Positions 53,349 to 63,608 of a DNA stretch of 64,000 nt are shown in pieces. Both the position numbers and the translations under genes were made by a program. How positions within the stretch are numbered: position 1 is the stretch's first letter; the number at the start of each line of letters is the position of its first letter. The DNA comes from Anaerolineales bacterium (GTDB taxonomy: Bacteria; Chloroflexota; Anaerolineae; Anaerolineales; UBA11579), in contig JASFQL010000012.1 in the NCBI GenBank assembly GCA_050115475.1, forward strand, positions 255 to 64,254, in the 5' to 3' direction. The notes under the pieces were generated by a model. That model made no database searches. It was not told the DNA's origin and saw nothing but the letters and a program-made list of their open reading frames with translations.

Positions 53349-54575
53349 TTATTTCATCTCCGCTTTCAAAGCCGATACGAATTTTATCGTGTCGATCTGT
53401 GTGGCTTCCTGGAACACCAGCAGGTCGAATTCCCTTGCGGCTGCCAGTAAGTGGTCGAAAATGTCTGCCTGGATTTTTTCATACGCCAGCCAATCGGTGG
53501 TTTTCGTAAACGAATAGATTTCGATGGGCAGCCCTTTGGGGTTTGGTGCCAGTTGCCGCACCAGGAATGTCATCCCTTTCTGGTAGATTTCATTTTTCGT
53601 TTTCAAGTACACCTCGATGTACGCCCTGAACGTACCCACGTTGGTGAGTTGGCGTCCATTGACCGTCACCGTTGAGTCGATCCCTCTTTCCTTATTGTAA
53701 GCCGCAATTTCAGCTTCTTTTTCTTCCAGGTATGGGCGGATTAACTCGATCCTTTTCCACCGTTCCAGCATCTCATCCGTACAGAACTTGATGCTGTGCA
53801 GGTCGAGGTTGATAGCCCGCTTGATTCGCCGACCGCCGCTCTCTTCCATCCCCCGCCAGTTCTTGAAGGCCACCTCCGTGAACTTATACGTGGGGATCAC
53901 CGTGATGGTCTTGTCCCAGTTCTGGATTTTCACAGAATGCAGGCTCATGTCGATGACGTCCCCATCGGCGTTGTAGCTCGGCACCTCGATCCAATCGCCT
54001 TCCTTCAGCAGGTCGTTGGCCGATATCTGGATGCTGGCCACCAGGGAGAGGATCGTATCCCGGAAGACCAGCAGCAAGACCGCTGTGACCGCGCCCAGCC
54101 CGGATAATAACACGATGGGCGACTCACCGGTGAACAACGAGATGCTCAAGATGATACCGATAAGGATGACCAGCAGCTTCACGATATCCAGATACCCCAT
54201 AATGGATACACCTGTGAAAGACGGGCTGCTTTCATAGATCTTATTCCCGGCATTCAGCAGGGAATGGACGGTGAAAACCATCACCCACAGGATGAGGAAC
54301 AGGGTCACCTGCTTGATGATGTCTTCATATGCTGGGAGTAAATAAGCGAACGAATACAGTACAATCAAGGGGGCAGCCCAAGCCACTCTGAAAGGATGCA
54401 GCGCTTTTACAAAGATATCGTCGAATTTCGTCTCCGTGCGGGAAGCGAGATACGTCAGGCCTCGCCCGAGGATCAGCCGGACGATAAAGAAGACCGCAAT
54501 ACTCAGTAGCACAGCCGCGCCGAAAGCCAGGCTCGGGTTTTCTTCAGCCCATAATTGGATTAGATTAATTGACAT
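53349..54575 (-). CDS. MscS-family mechanosensitive channel
   Basis: 408-aa ORF with N-terminal TM helices followed by the MscS beta-domain block GDWIEVPSYNADGDVIDMSLHSVKIQNWDKTITVIPT. Confidence 0.85.
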   Translation of the reverse strand: MSINLIQLWAEENPSLAFGAAVLLSIAVFFIVRLILGRGLTYLASRTETKFDDIFVKALHPFRVAWAAPLIVLYSFAYLLPAYEDIIKQVTLFLILWVMVFTVHSLLNAGNKIYESSPSFTGVSIMGYLDIVKLLVILIGIILSISLFTGESPIVLLSGLGAVTAVLLLVFRDTILSLVASIQISANDLLKEGDWIEVPSYNADGDVIDMSLHSVKIQNWDKTITVIPTYKFTEVAFKNWRGMEESGGRRIKRAINLDLHSIKFCTDEMLERWKRIELIRPYLEEKEAEIAAYNKERGIDSTVTVNGRQLTNVGTFRAYIEVYLKTKNEIYQKGMTFLVRQLAPNPKGLPIEIYSFTKTTDWLAYEKIQADIFDHLLAAAREFDLLVFQEATQIDTIKFVSALKAEMK

Positions 54576-54896
54576 TGCTTCTCACTCCTAAAGGATTTCC
54601 ATAGATAATGTCCGGATGGAGACTCCCAATTGTAATGGCATTGACCTTCTTCTACCAGCCGTATTTTTAAAAATCCAACTTTTCAGTATCGTATATAAAT
54701 AAATCATCTGACATGCGTCTTAATTTTATATACTTCCTCACCTTCAAACAATAGTCCAAACAAAACAAACTATGGTCAGATGATGAACAAATTACTTTCA
54801 TAAGAGATTGAAACTCAATCATACATTACTAATCATTTCTCCATAGGGCAATAAAATCATCTGCACGTATTTTGCGGGGGAGGGACATTCGATGTT

Positions 54897-54979
54897 GGAG
54901 GGGGCCGTAGCCCCCTCCCGGCCCTGTAGAGAATGCCGTCGGCATTCTCTTAAACAATGACCTGTTTGTTGGTCATTGT
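54897..54979. other. Three consecutive perfect hairpins in a 625-bp divergent intergenic region (candidate structured RNA or palindromic element)
   Basis: GGAGGGGGC-CGTA-GCCCCCTCC (54897-54918). AGAGAATGCCG-T-CGGCATTCTCT (54928-54950). ACAATGACC-TGTTTGTT-GGTCATTGT (54954-54979). Confidence 0.7.
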
Positions 54980-55032
54980 CATCCTCTTTCCCCGGTTGAG
55001 CATGAGTATAATCGCCCGGTTCCCTAATTGCT

Positions 55033-55057
55033 GGGGAAGGGGGCCAGGGGGTTGGGG
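55033..55057 (+). other. Canonical G-quadruplex motif
   Basis: GGGG AA GGGGG CCA GGGGG TT GGGG: four G-runs of at least 4 with 2-3 nt loops, ~80 nt upstream of the putative promoter of the DUF3795 gene. Confidence 0.6.
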
Positions 55058-55137
55058 TTTTTACTATACTCTAAAAAATAATTGATAAAAAATAATAAAA
55101 GAATGTCCCATCAAACGACTGAACCAATCCTTTTTAC

Positions 55138-55165
55138 TTGTCAAATTAGGAAAATATTGTATAAT
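55138..55165 (+). promoter_or_regulatory. Putative sigma-70-type promoter of the DUF3795 gene
   Basis: TTGTCA (55138-55143), 16-nt spacer, TATAAT (55160-55165), 35 nt upstream of ATG 55200. Confidence 0.4.
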
Positions 55166-55199
55166 AATCTAGAACATATTTTCTAGAGGAGACAAAACG

Positions 55200-55547
55200 A
55201 TGACAGAAATAATGATTGCCAAATGTGGCTTGGAATGCACAAAGTGTGGTGCCTACATCGCCACCCAAAATAACGACCTCGAAGCTCTGCAGAAGATGGC
55301 AGATGAGGCCAAGAAACAATATAACCTCGACTACACCGCGGAACAAAGCCGCTGCACCGGATGCTTGAGTGACGGCGTGAAGATTCAATACACAGACCAA
55401 TGTGAAGTCCGGCGCTGTGCTGTTGAAAGGGGCGTTGAAAACTGTGCCTATTGTGATGAATATGGCTGCGAGACCATTTCAGGCTTTCTGGCAAATGCCC
55501 CCAAGGCAAAAGAAAACCTTGAAAAAATCAGGGTGAGTCTGAGCTGA
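55200..55547 (+). CDS. DUF3795 domain-containing Cys-rich protein
   Basis: 115-aa ORF. The Cys pattern CGLECTKCGAY...CTGC...C.VRRCA...CAYCDEYGC matches my memory of DUF3795. Confidence 0.7.
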   Translation: MTEIMIAKCGLECTKCGAYIATQNNDLEALQKMADEAKKQYNLDYTAEQSRCTGCLSDGVKIQYTDQCEVRRCAVERGVENCAYCDEYGCETISGFLANAPKAKENLEKIRVSLS

Positions 55548-55830
55548 TCCTGTGATTTCAACTTTCGCCAATCCCCCCTATAGAGCAGAGTTGTGATAAT
55601 AGATGCGCCTTAATAAATCGTAAACCCCCCGTCCTAAATGTCATAACAACTCTGTAAGGTCATTTTGATGTTAGTCAGGATATAATACTGCTACAGCACT
55701 TTGTCTATCATCACAGCCCTCGTGGATACTGGATTCCACCTCCAACCCTCCTCAATCCACCCCGACTTAGTGCTGTTTTTTTTAACGACTTAATCAGATG
55801 TGGAGCGCATCAATCGAGTATACTTCTCCC

Positions 55831-56961
<1,131 letters not shown>

Positions 56962-57048
56962 ATTGGTGGCTTTCCACGCCAGCCCTATCATCTATCAATT
57001 TCCGATAAAACATCTCGCAGACTACGCTGTGTAGCGTACCAAAAAAAA

Positions 57049-58011
57049 TCACGGCACCGGAGTTGCTTTCCCCGATGGCGGGTACGGGTCGATACCGGGG
57101 TCGCAGCTGACCGGTGTTGGTCCCCCGCCCACAGGCGATGGGCAGCCGCTCCCTGACGAGGGTGGGTAGCTCCCTGATGAACATGTCACCGGTGTCGGTC
57201 CCCCACCGATAGGTGACGGGCAGCCGCTTCCTGACGCGGGTGGGTAGCTCCCCGACGGACATGTCACCGGTGTCGGTCCCCCGCCCACAGGTGACGGGCA
57301 TCCGCTTCCTGACGAGGGTGGGTAGCTCCCCGACGGACATGTGACGGGTGTCGGTCCCCCGCCCACAGGCGATGGGCAGCCGCTCCAGGATGGTGCTGAA
57401 CTGACCTCTGTAGGGCAAGTCACCGGCGTCGGCCCCCCGCCCACAGGTGACGGACAGCCGCTTCCTGATGGTGCCGAACTGACCTCCGTCGGGCATGTCA
57501 CCGGCGTCGGCCCCCCGCCCACAGGTGACGGACAGCCGCTCCCTGATGGTGCTGAACTGACCTCTGTCGGGCAGGTCACTGGTGTCGGCCCACCACCGAC
57601 AGGTGAAGGGCACCCGCCAACTGGCAGAGCGGATGTTGGCGTAGGGATCACCGGGATACCGGCAGGATCGCCTGAGACGATGGTATTACCGCTGGGCAGC
57701 CATCCCAAGACGGCTGGATTGGCAGGGTCCCGGATCACCAGGAAATCGCCTTGTGAATTTCGCCCGACGACTTCCGCTTCCTGTCCTGGATTGAGTGTCC
57801 CCAGAAGTTTGTAGTCCGCTCCAGGTCCAGAATGGTATTCCGTTGCCGTATTCACGCTCACTGTCATGGAAGTGGTAGGTGGAACGGTTGCTGCCTGGTC
57901 GCCTGGCATGTTGCAGCCCGAAATGAAGATCGTAAGCATTACCATGAATAAGAAGCTCAGATATGTGGTATTGGTAATCCCATTGAATTTTCTCATATTA
58001 ACAAACATCAC
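57049..58011 (-). CDS. Lipoprotein with SH3b-like domain and seven Cys-bounded 26-aa tandem repeats
   Basis: 320-aa ORF with lipobox IFISGC-NM and an SH3b-like segment (EYHSGPGADYKLLGTLNPGQEAEVVGRNSQGDFLVI). Seven GCPSPVGGGPTPVTC units start at aa 133, 159, 185, 211, 237, 263 and 289. Confidence 0.75.
   Translation of the reverse strand: MMFVNMRKFNGITNTTYLSFLFMVMLTIFISGCNMPGDQAATVPPTTSMTVSVNTATEYHSGPGADYKLLGTLNPGQEAEVVGRNSQGDFLVIRDPANPAVLGWLPSGNTIVSGDPAGIPVIPTPTSALPVGGCPSPVGGGPTPVTCPTEVSSAPSGSGCPSPVGGGPTPVTCPTEVSSAPSGSGCPSPVGGGPTPVTCPTEVSSAPSWSGCPSPVGGGPTPVTCPSGSYPPSSGSGCPSPVGGGPTPVTCPSGSYPPASGSGCPSPIGGGPTPVTCSSGSYPPSSGSGCPSPVGGGPTPVSCDPGIDPYPPSGKATPVP
57103..57615. repeat. 78-bp tandem repeat, about 6.6 copies, inside the SH3 lipoprotein gene
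   Basis: The DNA repeats are visible directly (e.g. the recurring ccgcccacaggtgacgg / cagccgct motifs). They keep long ORFs open in three frames (57049-58011 -, 56933-57613 -, 57341-57814 +). Confidence 0.9.
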
Positions 58012-58268
58012 TCTTCCTCTGCTGCTCCCAATTTTACTAGGGAAATATCGTCGCCTTAACGATCGAAAATACTTGGCTTCTACCTAATCATACTATATAT
58101 CATGTTGTGTGTTCCGAAAATTCCTTTCAAGTAATATTTTGTGGATACTCTAATTTCGAACACATAATGGCTGATAGAACACCCTTGCCATTATTCAGAC
58201 AAAATTGGTAAGAATTACCTGACGCAGCCCGTCAGAATATTCACACACTGTTGAGAGGAACACCGTAT

Positions 58269-59237
58269 ATGCAGCTTACCGGAATCCACCACGTTACCGC
58301 GGTCACCGCCAGAATCGCAGAAAACCTGGACTTTTACACCCGGGTTTTAGGACTGCGCCTCGTAAAGAAATCCGTCAACCAGGACGACGTCTCCGCTTAC
58401 CACCTCTTTTACGCCGATAAATTGGGCAGTCCAGGCACCGATATCACCTTTTTCGATTGGCCCAATATCGGGCCGAACGTCCGCGGCACAGACAGCATCG
58501 CAGGCACAGCATTCCGTGTCGGCAGCCAGGATGCCCTGGCCTTTTGGAGGGGTCGTCTCGATGAATACGGTATCAAACGGGGTGACATCACCGGTTTCGC
58601 CGGACGCCAAATCCTGCCCTTCGAAGACTTTGAAGGCCAGCGTTTATATTTCGTCAATGACCTCGGAGCCGAATTCGAAGGGGAAATCTGGCCGCGCCCC
58701 GACATCCCAGACGAATACGCCCTGCGGGGCTTCAACAGCGTAATCCTCTCCCTTCCATCCATTCACCGGCTTGCCGGGGTTTTCGAAGATTTCCTCAATT
58801 TCGAAGAGCGCGTGAATGCAAAGTGGATCGATGAAAAATCCAATGCCTTCATCTACACCACCAGAAAAAACGGCGGCCCCGCATCCGAAGTCTGGTTGCT
58901 TGAGCAGCCCCATGAAAGGCGCAGCCGTTTGGGGGCAGGCGGCACACACCATGTCGCTTTCCGCGTCTCCGACGCTGAAACGCAGGAAAAGTGGCATGTG
59001 CATTTATCTAACGCAGGCTTTCAAGTCAGTGGTCTGATCGACCGTTTCTGGTTCCAGTCGATTTACTTCCGCGTGACCAATGGAATCTTATTCGAAATTG
59101 CCACAGACGGCCCCGGCTTCGCCATCGATGAAGCCCCACACACGCTGGGTGAAAAGCTGGTCTTGCCCCCCTTCCTCGAAAAACACCGCCTGGAGATTGA
59201 ATCCCGTTTGGCCCCCATTGGAGTAGAATCGAGGTGA
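58269..59237 (+). CDS. VOC-family ring-cleaving dioxygenase (glyoxalase/bleomycin-resistance fold, two-domain)
   Basis: MQLTGIHHVTAVTARIAENLDFYTRVLGLRLVKK...YHLFYAD is the classic opening. A second VOC module carries GTHHVAFRV. ATG 58269 is preferred over TTG 58251 (GAGAGGA lies 9 nt upstream). Confidence 0.85.
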   Translation: MQLTGIHHVTAVTARIAENLDFYTRVLGLRLVKKSVNQDDVSAYHLFYADKLGSPGTDITFFDWPNIGPNVRGTDSIAGTAFRVGSQDALAFWRGRLDEYGIKRGDITGFAGRQILPFEDFEGQRLYFVNDLGAEFEGEIWPRPDIPDEYALRGFNSVILSLPSIHRLAGVFEDFLNFEERVNAKWIDEKSNAFIYTTRKNGGPASEVWLLEQPHERRSRLGAGGTHHVAFRVSDAETQEKWHVHLSNAGFQVSGLIDRFWFQSIYFRVTNGILFEIATDGPGFAIDEAPHTLGEKLVLPPFLEKHRLEIESRLAPIGVESR

Positions 59238-59273
59238 TCGTACAGGTTCGCTAAGCTGCGATCCTTTTCATAT

Positions 59274-60827
59274 CTATCTTTTGAAGGTCACCCTTACCCT
59301 TGTCCCGTTCCCCCCACTGAGCACCTCGATTTCCGCCTGGTGCTGGTCGAAGATCGCTTTCACGATTGCCAGCCCCAGACCGCTCCCCGGGTAAGAAGAA
59401 GCGTTTCGCCCCCGGTGGAATCGCTGGAAAATGTTGGCCATATCTTCGGCAGGGATCCCAATACCCGTATCCCGGATCGTGAGACAGGGCACCCCATCAT
59501 AGTCTTCAAGCCGCAGCCTTACTTCCCCTCCCTTGTCTGTAAATTTCAGCGCATTATCCACCAGGTTATCGATGGCGCGCCGCACCTTGTTCAAATCGCC
59601 GTAGATCTGATCTTCCCCTTTGGGGGTATCTATCTCAAGCCTGAGTGATATCCCCTGCGAATCGGCTTCTTCTGCGTACTTTTGTTCGATCTCCTCCACC
59701 AGCTTGCCGAGAGAAAAAGTTGTTGGCTCCATATTTCCTGCTTCTATCCGCGAAAGGTCCAGCAAATTGTCGACGAGTGTCTGCATGCGCCTTGTCTGGT
59801 TTTGTGCGTTCTCCAGGTACTTGTGCAGGTCCTGGTCTTCCTCGCTGGCCAGTTCCAGGTTGACGCCCAGAGTCGTAATTGGGGTATGAAGTTCGTGGGC
59901 CGCGTCTGCCACGAACCGCCGTAGCGTCGTGACTGTATCTTCGACCTGCTCCGCCATGGCATTGAATGATTCCCCCAGCACGTTCAACTCATCCCGTGTC
60001 TCGATCTTGACCCGGGCGGAGAGGTCGCCCCCGGACATCTGTTGTGTTGTTTCGATTAGATCTGTAAGGGGAGATACCAATCGGCGGCTGACAATCCAAC
60101 CTGTCGTTCCTGCCACCACTACAGCCACGAGTCCCGCGATCATCCAGGCGCGGGCGACGTTTTCGATGATTGTTCTGCCAAATGCCAGCCCTTCCGACAC
60201 TTCCAGCGTCCCTAGCGGTTGGCCTGTCGAGCTGTAGACCGGCATGCGAATCACCTGGTCGGTGTGCTGTGGGGACAGGGATTCCATGCTTCCCAACCCA
60301 AAACCAAACAGGGTGTTTTCAGTTGGCAGTTGGGATAATAATACAGTGTTTTCTCCTAGCGTGCCTAAAACTTGGTTCTCATCGGCCACTTTGAGGGTCA
60401 GATTAAAAATATACCGGTCTGTCCGCCCTTCGTGCAGCACTTCAGCGCCCATCCCGTAAGGTGTCAGGTTGGTATAGATAAAAGACTGCGTTTGGAGGGA
60501 TCCAGAATCGGCCACCACATTTTCCTCGGGATCGATTAATCGGATACGGGCCTGGATCAGGAACGATAGGCTGTGGATGTAGCCCTGCAATGTCTGCGAA
60601 GACTCACCCGCCTCCATTACCTTGGCGATTCCCGGGTTCATCAAAGCTGCGCTGTTTTCCAGATAGCTTCGTTCCTGTAGCTTGTAGAAGTTTTGCAAGG
60701 AAAAAAACAAGATACCCCCTAACACCCCCATTGTCAGCAAAGCAATCAAAGCGTAACTGGCGGGCAGTCGCACGCGTATAGAGGACATCTTCATTTTATA
60801 TCTCCATCCGACCCGCTTACAGGTCAT
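59274..60827 (-). CDS. Sensor histidine kinase (2 TM, ~190-aa extracytoplasmic domain, HAMP, HisKA, HATPase)
   Basis: 517-aa ORF with HAMP (PLTDLIETTQQMSGGDLSARV), H-box AAHELHTPIT, N-box DNALKFT and G-boxes DTGIGI / GSGLGLAIV. The start codon overlaps the stop of the upstream lipoprotein gene (ATGA at 60824-60827). Confidence 0.9.
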   Translation of the reverse strand: MTCKRVGWRYKMKMSSIRVRLPASYALIALLTMGVLGGILFFSLQNFYKLQERSYLENSAALMNPGIAKVMEAGESSQTLQGYIHSLSFLIQARIRLIDPEENVVADSGSLQTQSFIYTNLTPYGMGAEVLHEGRTDRYIFNLTLKVADENQVLGTLGENTVLLSQLPTENTLFGFGLGSMESLSPQHTDQVIRMPVYSSTGQPLGTLEVSEGLAFGRTIIENVARAWMIAGLVAVVVAGTTGWIVSRRLVSPLTDLIETTQQMSGGDLSARVKIETRDELNVLGESFNAMAEQVEDTVTTLRRFVADAAHELHTPITTLGVNLELASEEDQDLHKYLENAQNQTRRMQTLVDNLLDLSRIEAGNMEPTTFSLGKLVEEIEQKYAEEADSQGISLRLEIDTPKGEDQIYGDLNKVRRAIDNLVDNALKFTDKGGEVRLRLEDYDGVPCLTIRDTGIGIPAEDMANIFQRFHRGRNASSYPGSGLGLAIVKAIFDQHQAEIEVLSGGNGTRVRVTFKR

Positions 60828-62125
60828 TCACTCACATTGCCGAAAATATTTGTTTTTACGAGAATTGTTGAGAACCGCCCATTATCATCGATGGTCGCTC
60901 CGGCAAGCAGAATATTCCCCTCCCTATCTTGTAGCAGGTTGCCGGACTTTACTGAATAATCGGTTTTTAACTCGTTTACCCACAGTTGTTGCCCTTCTCT
61001 GCTGATTCCCATAAGTAAAGTAGTGTCGCCGGAAACGTAAAAGTTGATAAGCCTGTCCACTAAAACGATATAGTCCCCCTTATCACTCTCTATGATATCG
61101 CGGCCGATATCATACAGCTCCTCATCACCGAATTCTCTCTGCCATATTTCATCCCCCATAGGATCGATCTTCAATACAAAGATATCCGTATCGCTGTCAT
61201 CAGTCACCCTGATAAGACCTGTGATGATGAGATTACCATCTGAATCAAGGATCATCTCATACCCCCCCATAGTCCCTTCCTCCCATGTCCGAGACCATAC
61301 CTCTTGCCCTTCATCATCCAGCATCACCAGGAGGAGGTCGTCACCTTCCTCCGGGAAATAAACCTTTGTGCCCAAGACGTAGTACCCGCCTTGCGGGGCT
61401 TCGACCCCGGCCGTGGTCAGTATGTTGAATTCACTTTCCAGTGTTTTCGACCAAACCTCATTCCCTTCCGCATCCGTCTTCACTACGTAGATGTTGCTCC
61501 GGCCCTCGAAACCGCCGTACCCCGCGCTTCCTGGGTCGGCGATAAAATCCTTGGGGTCAACACAGTTCCCCACCAGGAAATACCCCCCATCTTCCGTTTG
61601 CTGGGCCATCAAAACTGATTCATCCAAGCTTCCCCCAAAAGTCCTTTCCCAAATCTTGCTTCCGTCTTCATCCACCTTGATTAGGTATGCATCTCTTCCT
61701 CCGGCGCCGTAGGAGGTAGTTGTCCCGGCAAGTATGTATCCCCCCCCATGTGCAGGGCTGATTGCCCATCCGGCATCGTACCCTTCTCCTCCATAGGTCT
61801 TTTGCCACAATTTCTCTCCAGATGCGTCAGTCTTTAGCAGCATCACCCCCCCAAAAGCTTCCGATTCCTGTTCTGGGCTGGTTCCCCCCACAATTAAGTA
61901 TCCCCCATCCTCCGTTTGTCTTACACCCGCGCCCGAGCTCTCATACCCGTTCCCAAAGATCCTTACCCATGAATCATCTGCCCCATCTGGTGTCAGGGTG
62001 GCTGTCTCGCTGTTTGCTGCAATAGATTTAGCTTCGCTATCGGGTGGGTTGATCAGCTGGTTGCACCCTGACATACTGATGATGATGAAACTTCCAATGA
62101 TGAGAAAATGGGGTCTATGGGGCAT
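60824..62125 (-). CDS. Beta-propeller-repeat lipoprotein (paralogue 2)
   Basis: 433-aa ORF with lipobox IISMSGC-NQ and 7-8 repeats of the pattern DGGY-x-(L/I)-x-G...(K/V)-(V/T)-D-x-x-G-x-x-x-W. Confidence 0.7.
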   Translation of the reverse strand: MPHRPHFLIIGSFIIISMSGCNQLINPPDSEAKSIAANSETATLTPDGADDSWVRIFGNGYESSGAGVRQTEDGGYLIVGGTSPEQESEAFGGVMLLKTDASGEKLWQKTYGGEGYDAGWAISPAHGGGYILAGTTTSYGAGGRDAYLIKVDEDGSKIWERTFGGSLDESVLMAQQTEDGGYFLVGNCVDPKDFIADPGSAGYGGFEGRSNIYVVKTDAEGNEVWSKTLESEFNILTTAGVEAPQGGYYVLGTKVYFPEEGDDLLLVMLDDEGQEVWSRTWEEGTMGGYEMILDSDGNLIITGLIRVTDDSDTDIFVLKIDPMGDEIWQREFGDEELYDIGRDIIESDKGDYIVLVDRLINFYVSGDTTLLMGISREGQQLWVNELKTDYSVKSGNLLQDREGNILLAGATIDDNGRFSTILVKTNIFGNVSE

Positions 62126-62211
62126 TATTTTTCCAAATAATTCTATTATTTATTCCTTTCTGGATTATAACATTCAGGGGTATTCTTGAAATTTCACCAA
62201 TGGAAAAAGTT

Positions 62212-62240
62212 GAGCAGCCCATCGATTTGATGGGCTGCTC
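62212..62240 (-). terminator. Intrinsic terminator between the two propeller lipoprotein genes
   Basis: Perfect 12-bp stem GAGCAGCCCATC / GATGGGCTGCTC with a 5-nt loop, followed on the - strand by AACUUUUUCC. It lies 28 nt after the stop at 62268. Confidence 0.65.
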
Positions 62241-62267
62241 GAATGAAGTGGCATGAAATCTAACCCC

Positions 62268-63578
62268 CTATTCCGCCACGTTGCCGTCAGCATCCATTTT
62301 AATCACCAGGATGTCAGCCCTTTCCCCTTCATAGCTTGAGGCAGCCATGAGGTAGCCGCCGTCTGGATGTTCAAGCACACTTCGGATCATAAAATGCTGG
62401 CCGCTGGTAACAACCTTCTCCCAGGCGACCTCACCGTTGGCATCCAATTTCATCAAAACCACCTCAGAAGGAGAATTGTATAAATCAGCTGTTCGATCGA
62501 AAACGATGATGTAGTCGCCGTCTTTCGTTTCACAGATCGCAGAACCCATCTCGATCACCTCGGGTTCGCCGAAGGTCGTTGCCCACAGAATATCACCATC
62601 TTCGCTCATCTTTGTAATCATTAAGTCGGCATCCCCCTCTCTCGGGTCTCCACTGGCTGAATATAAGGAAATCAATAATAGGTTCCCATCAGAGGTCAGG
62701 AGTAAATCTCGTCCATTCGCTCTTCCCTCTTCCCAGGTATAGGACCACACTTCCTCGCCATTTTCATCTACTTTCAACAGCAGTTGGTCGTCGCCCATAT
62801 CCGGGTAATAGAGTATGCTTGCCAAGACAGCATATCCACCATCCGGCGTTTGAACGCCTTTTGCAGAGATAGTATTCTCTTCACTTTCAAAAATATGTGT
62901 CCAAACCACCTCGCCTTCCCCATCTGTTTTCGTCAGCATGATATTACTGCGGTTCTCGAACCCCCCGTATCCTGCCGCACCAGGGTTGGTGATGAAATCA
63001 TCTGGATCCACACGGTTGCCTACCAGGACGTATCCCCCATCGGTAGTCGCAATAATCGTATTGACCCATTCATCCATTGGGCCGCTGATAGTCTTTGACC
63101 ATAATTCGTTTCCTTCAAGGTCGACTTTCAGCAGGTAATGGTCCATCCCCGTTTCCTCAGATAAAGTCATCCCTGCGATAAGCAGCTTGCCGTCAGCGGT
63201 ATAGGTGATCGACTGCCCGAATTTATCTGGGCCGAAAGTCTTCTCCCAGATCACCTCACCGCTAGAATCTATGTGGATAAGATAGATATCGCCGTGTCGT
63301 TCCGGTTCATACTCGACATTTGCCCCACCTATCAGGTACAGTCCCCCATCGTCCGTTGATAGGATACTGGACAGGTTATCGTCCCCTATTCCCCCATAGA
63401 ATCTCGTCCATGTATCTTCAGGTGTTTCTTTCTCGGCTTCTTCCGGGATACTTGTTGCTTCGCTGATATCGCCAGTTGTTTCGGTGGGGGCTTGCTTTGA
63501 AGGCTCGTCCGTCCCACAACCCGTAATTAAAACAGATATCACGAATATTGAAAATAATACTCTTCTGATTTTGGACAT
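62268..63578 (-). CDS. Beta-propeller-repeat lipoprotein (paralogue 1)
   Basis: 436-aa ORF with lipobox LITGC-GT. It has the same repeat pattern as paralogue 2 and collinear blocks (NPGAAGYGGFENRSNIMLTKTDGEGEVVW versus DPGSAGYGGFEGRSNIYVVKTDAEGNEVW). Confidence 0.7.
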   Translation of the reverse strand: MSKIRRVLFSIFVISVLITGCGTDEPSKQAPTETTGDISEATSIPEEAEKETPEDTWTRFYGGIGDDNLSSILSTDDGGLYLIGGANVEYEPERHGDIYLIHIDSSGEVIWEKTFGPDKFGQSITYTADGKLLIAGMTLSEETGMDHYLLKVDLEGNELWSKTISGPMDEWVNTIIATTDGGYVLVGNRVDPDDFITNPGAAGYGGFENRSNIMLTKTDGEGEVVWTHIFESEENTISAKGVQTPDGGYAVLASILYYPDMGDDQLLLKVDENGEEVWSYTWEEGRANGRDLLLTSDGNLLLISLYSASGDPREGDADLMITKMSEDGDILWATTFGEPEVIEMGSAICETKDGDYIIVFDRTADLYNSPSEVVLMKLDANGEVAWEKVVTSGQHFMIRSVLEHPDGGYLMAASSYEGERADILVIKMDADGNVAE

Positions 63579-63608
63579 TTATCACTCCTCTGCGACACTG
63601 GTAGATAG

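Noticed and set aside
54897-54979. tRNA or tRNA-like gene (three adjacent hairpins)
   Set aside because: Stems of 9-11 bp and the loop sizes are incompatible with D, anticodon and T arms. No acceptor stem or conserved T-loop sequence is present.
57103-57615. Possible CRISPR array (regular direct repeats)
   Set aside because: The units are contiguous 78-bp repeats with no unique spacers. They lie inside a coding frame, and no cas genes are nearby. The 7-bp array at 50119-50181 is likewise spacer-less.
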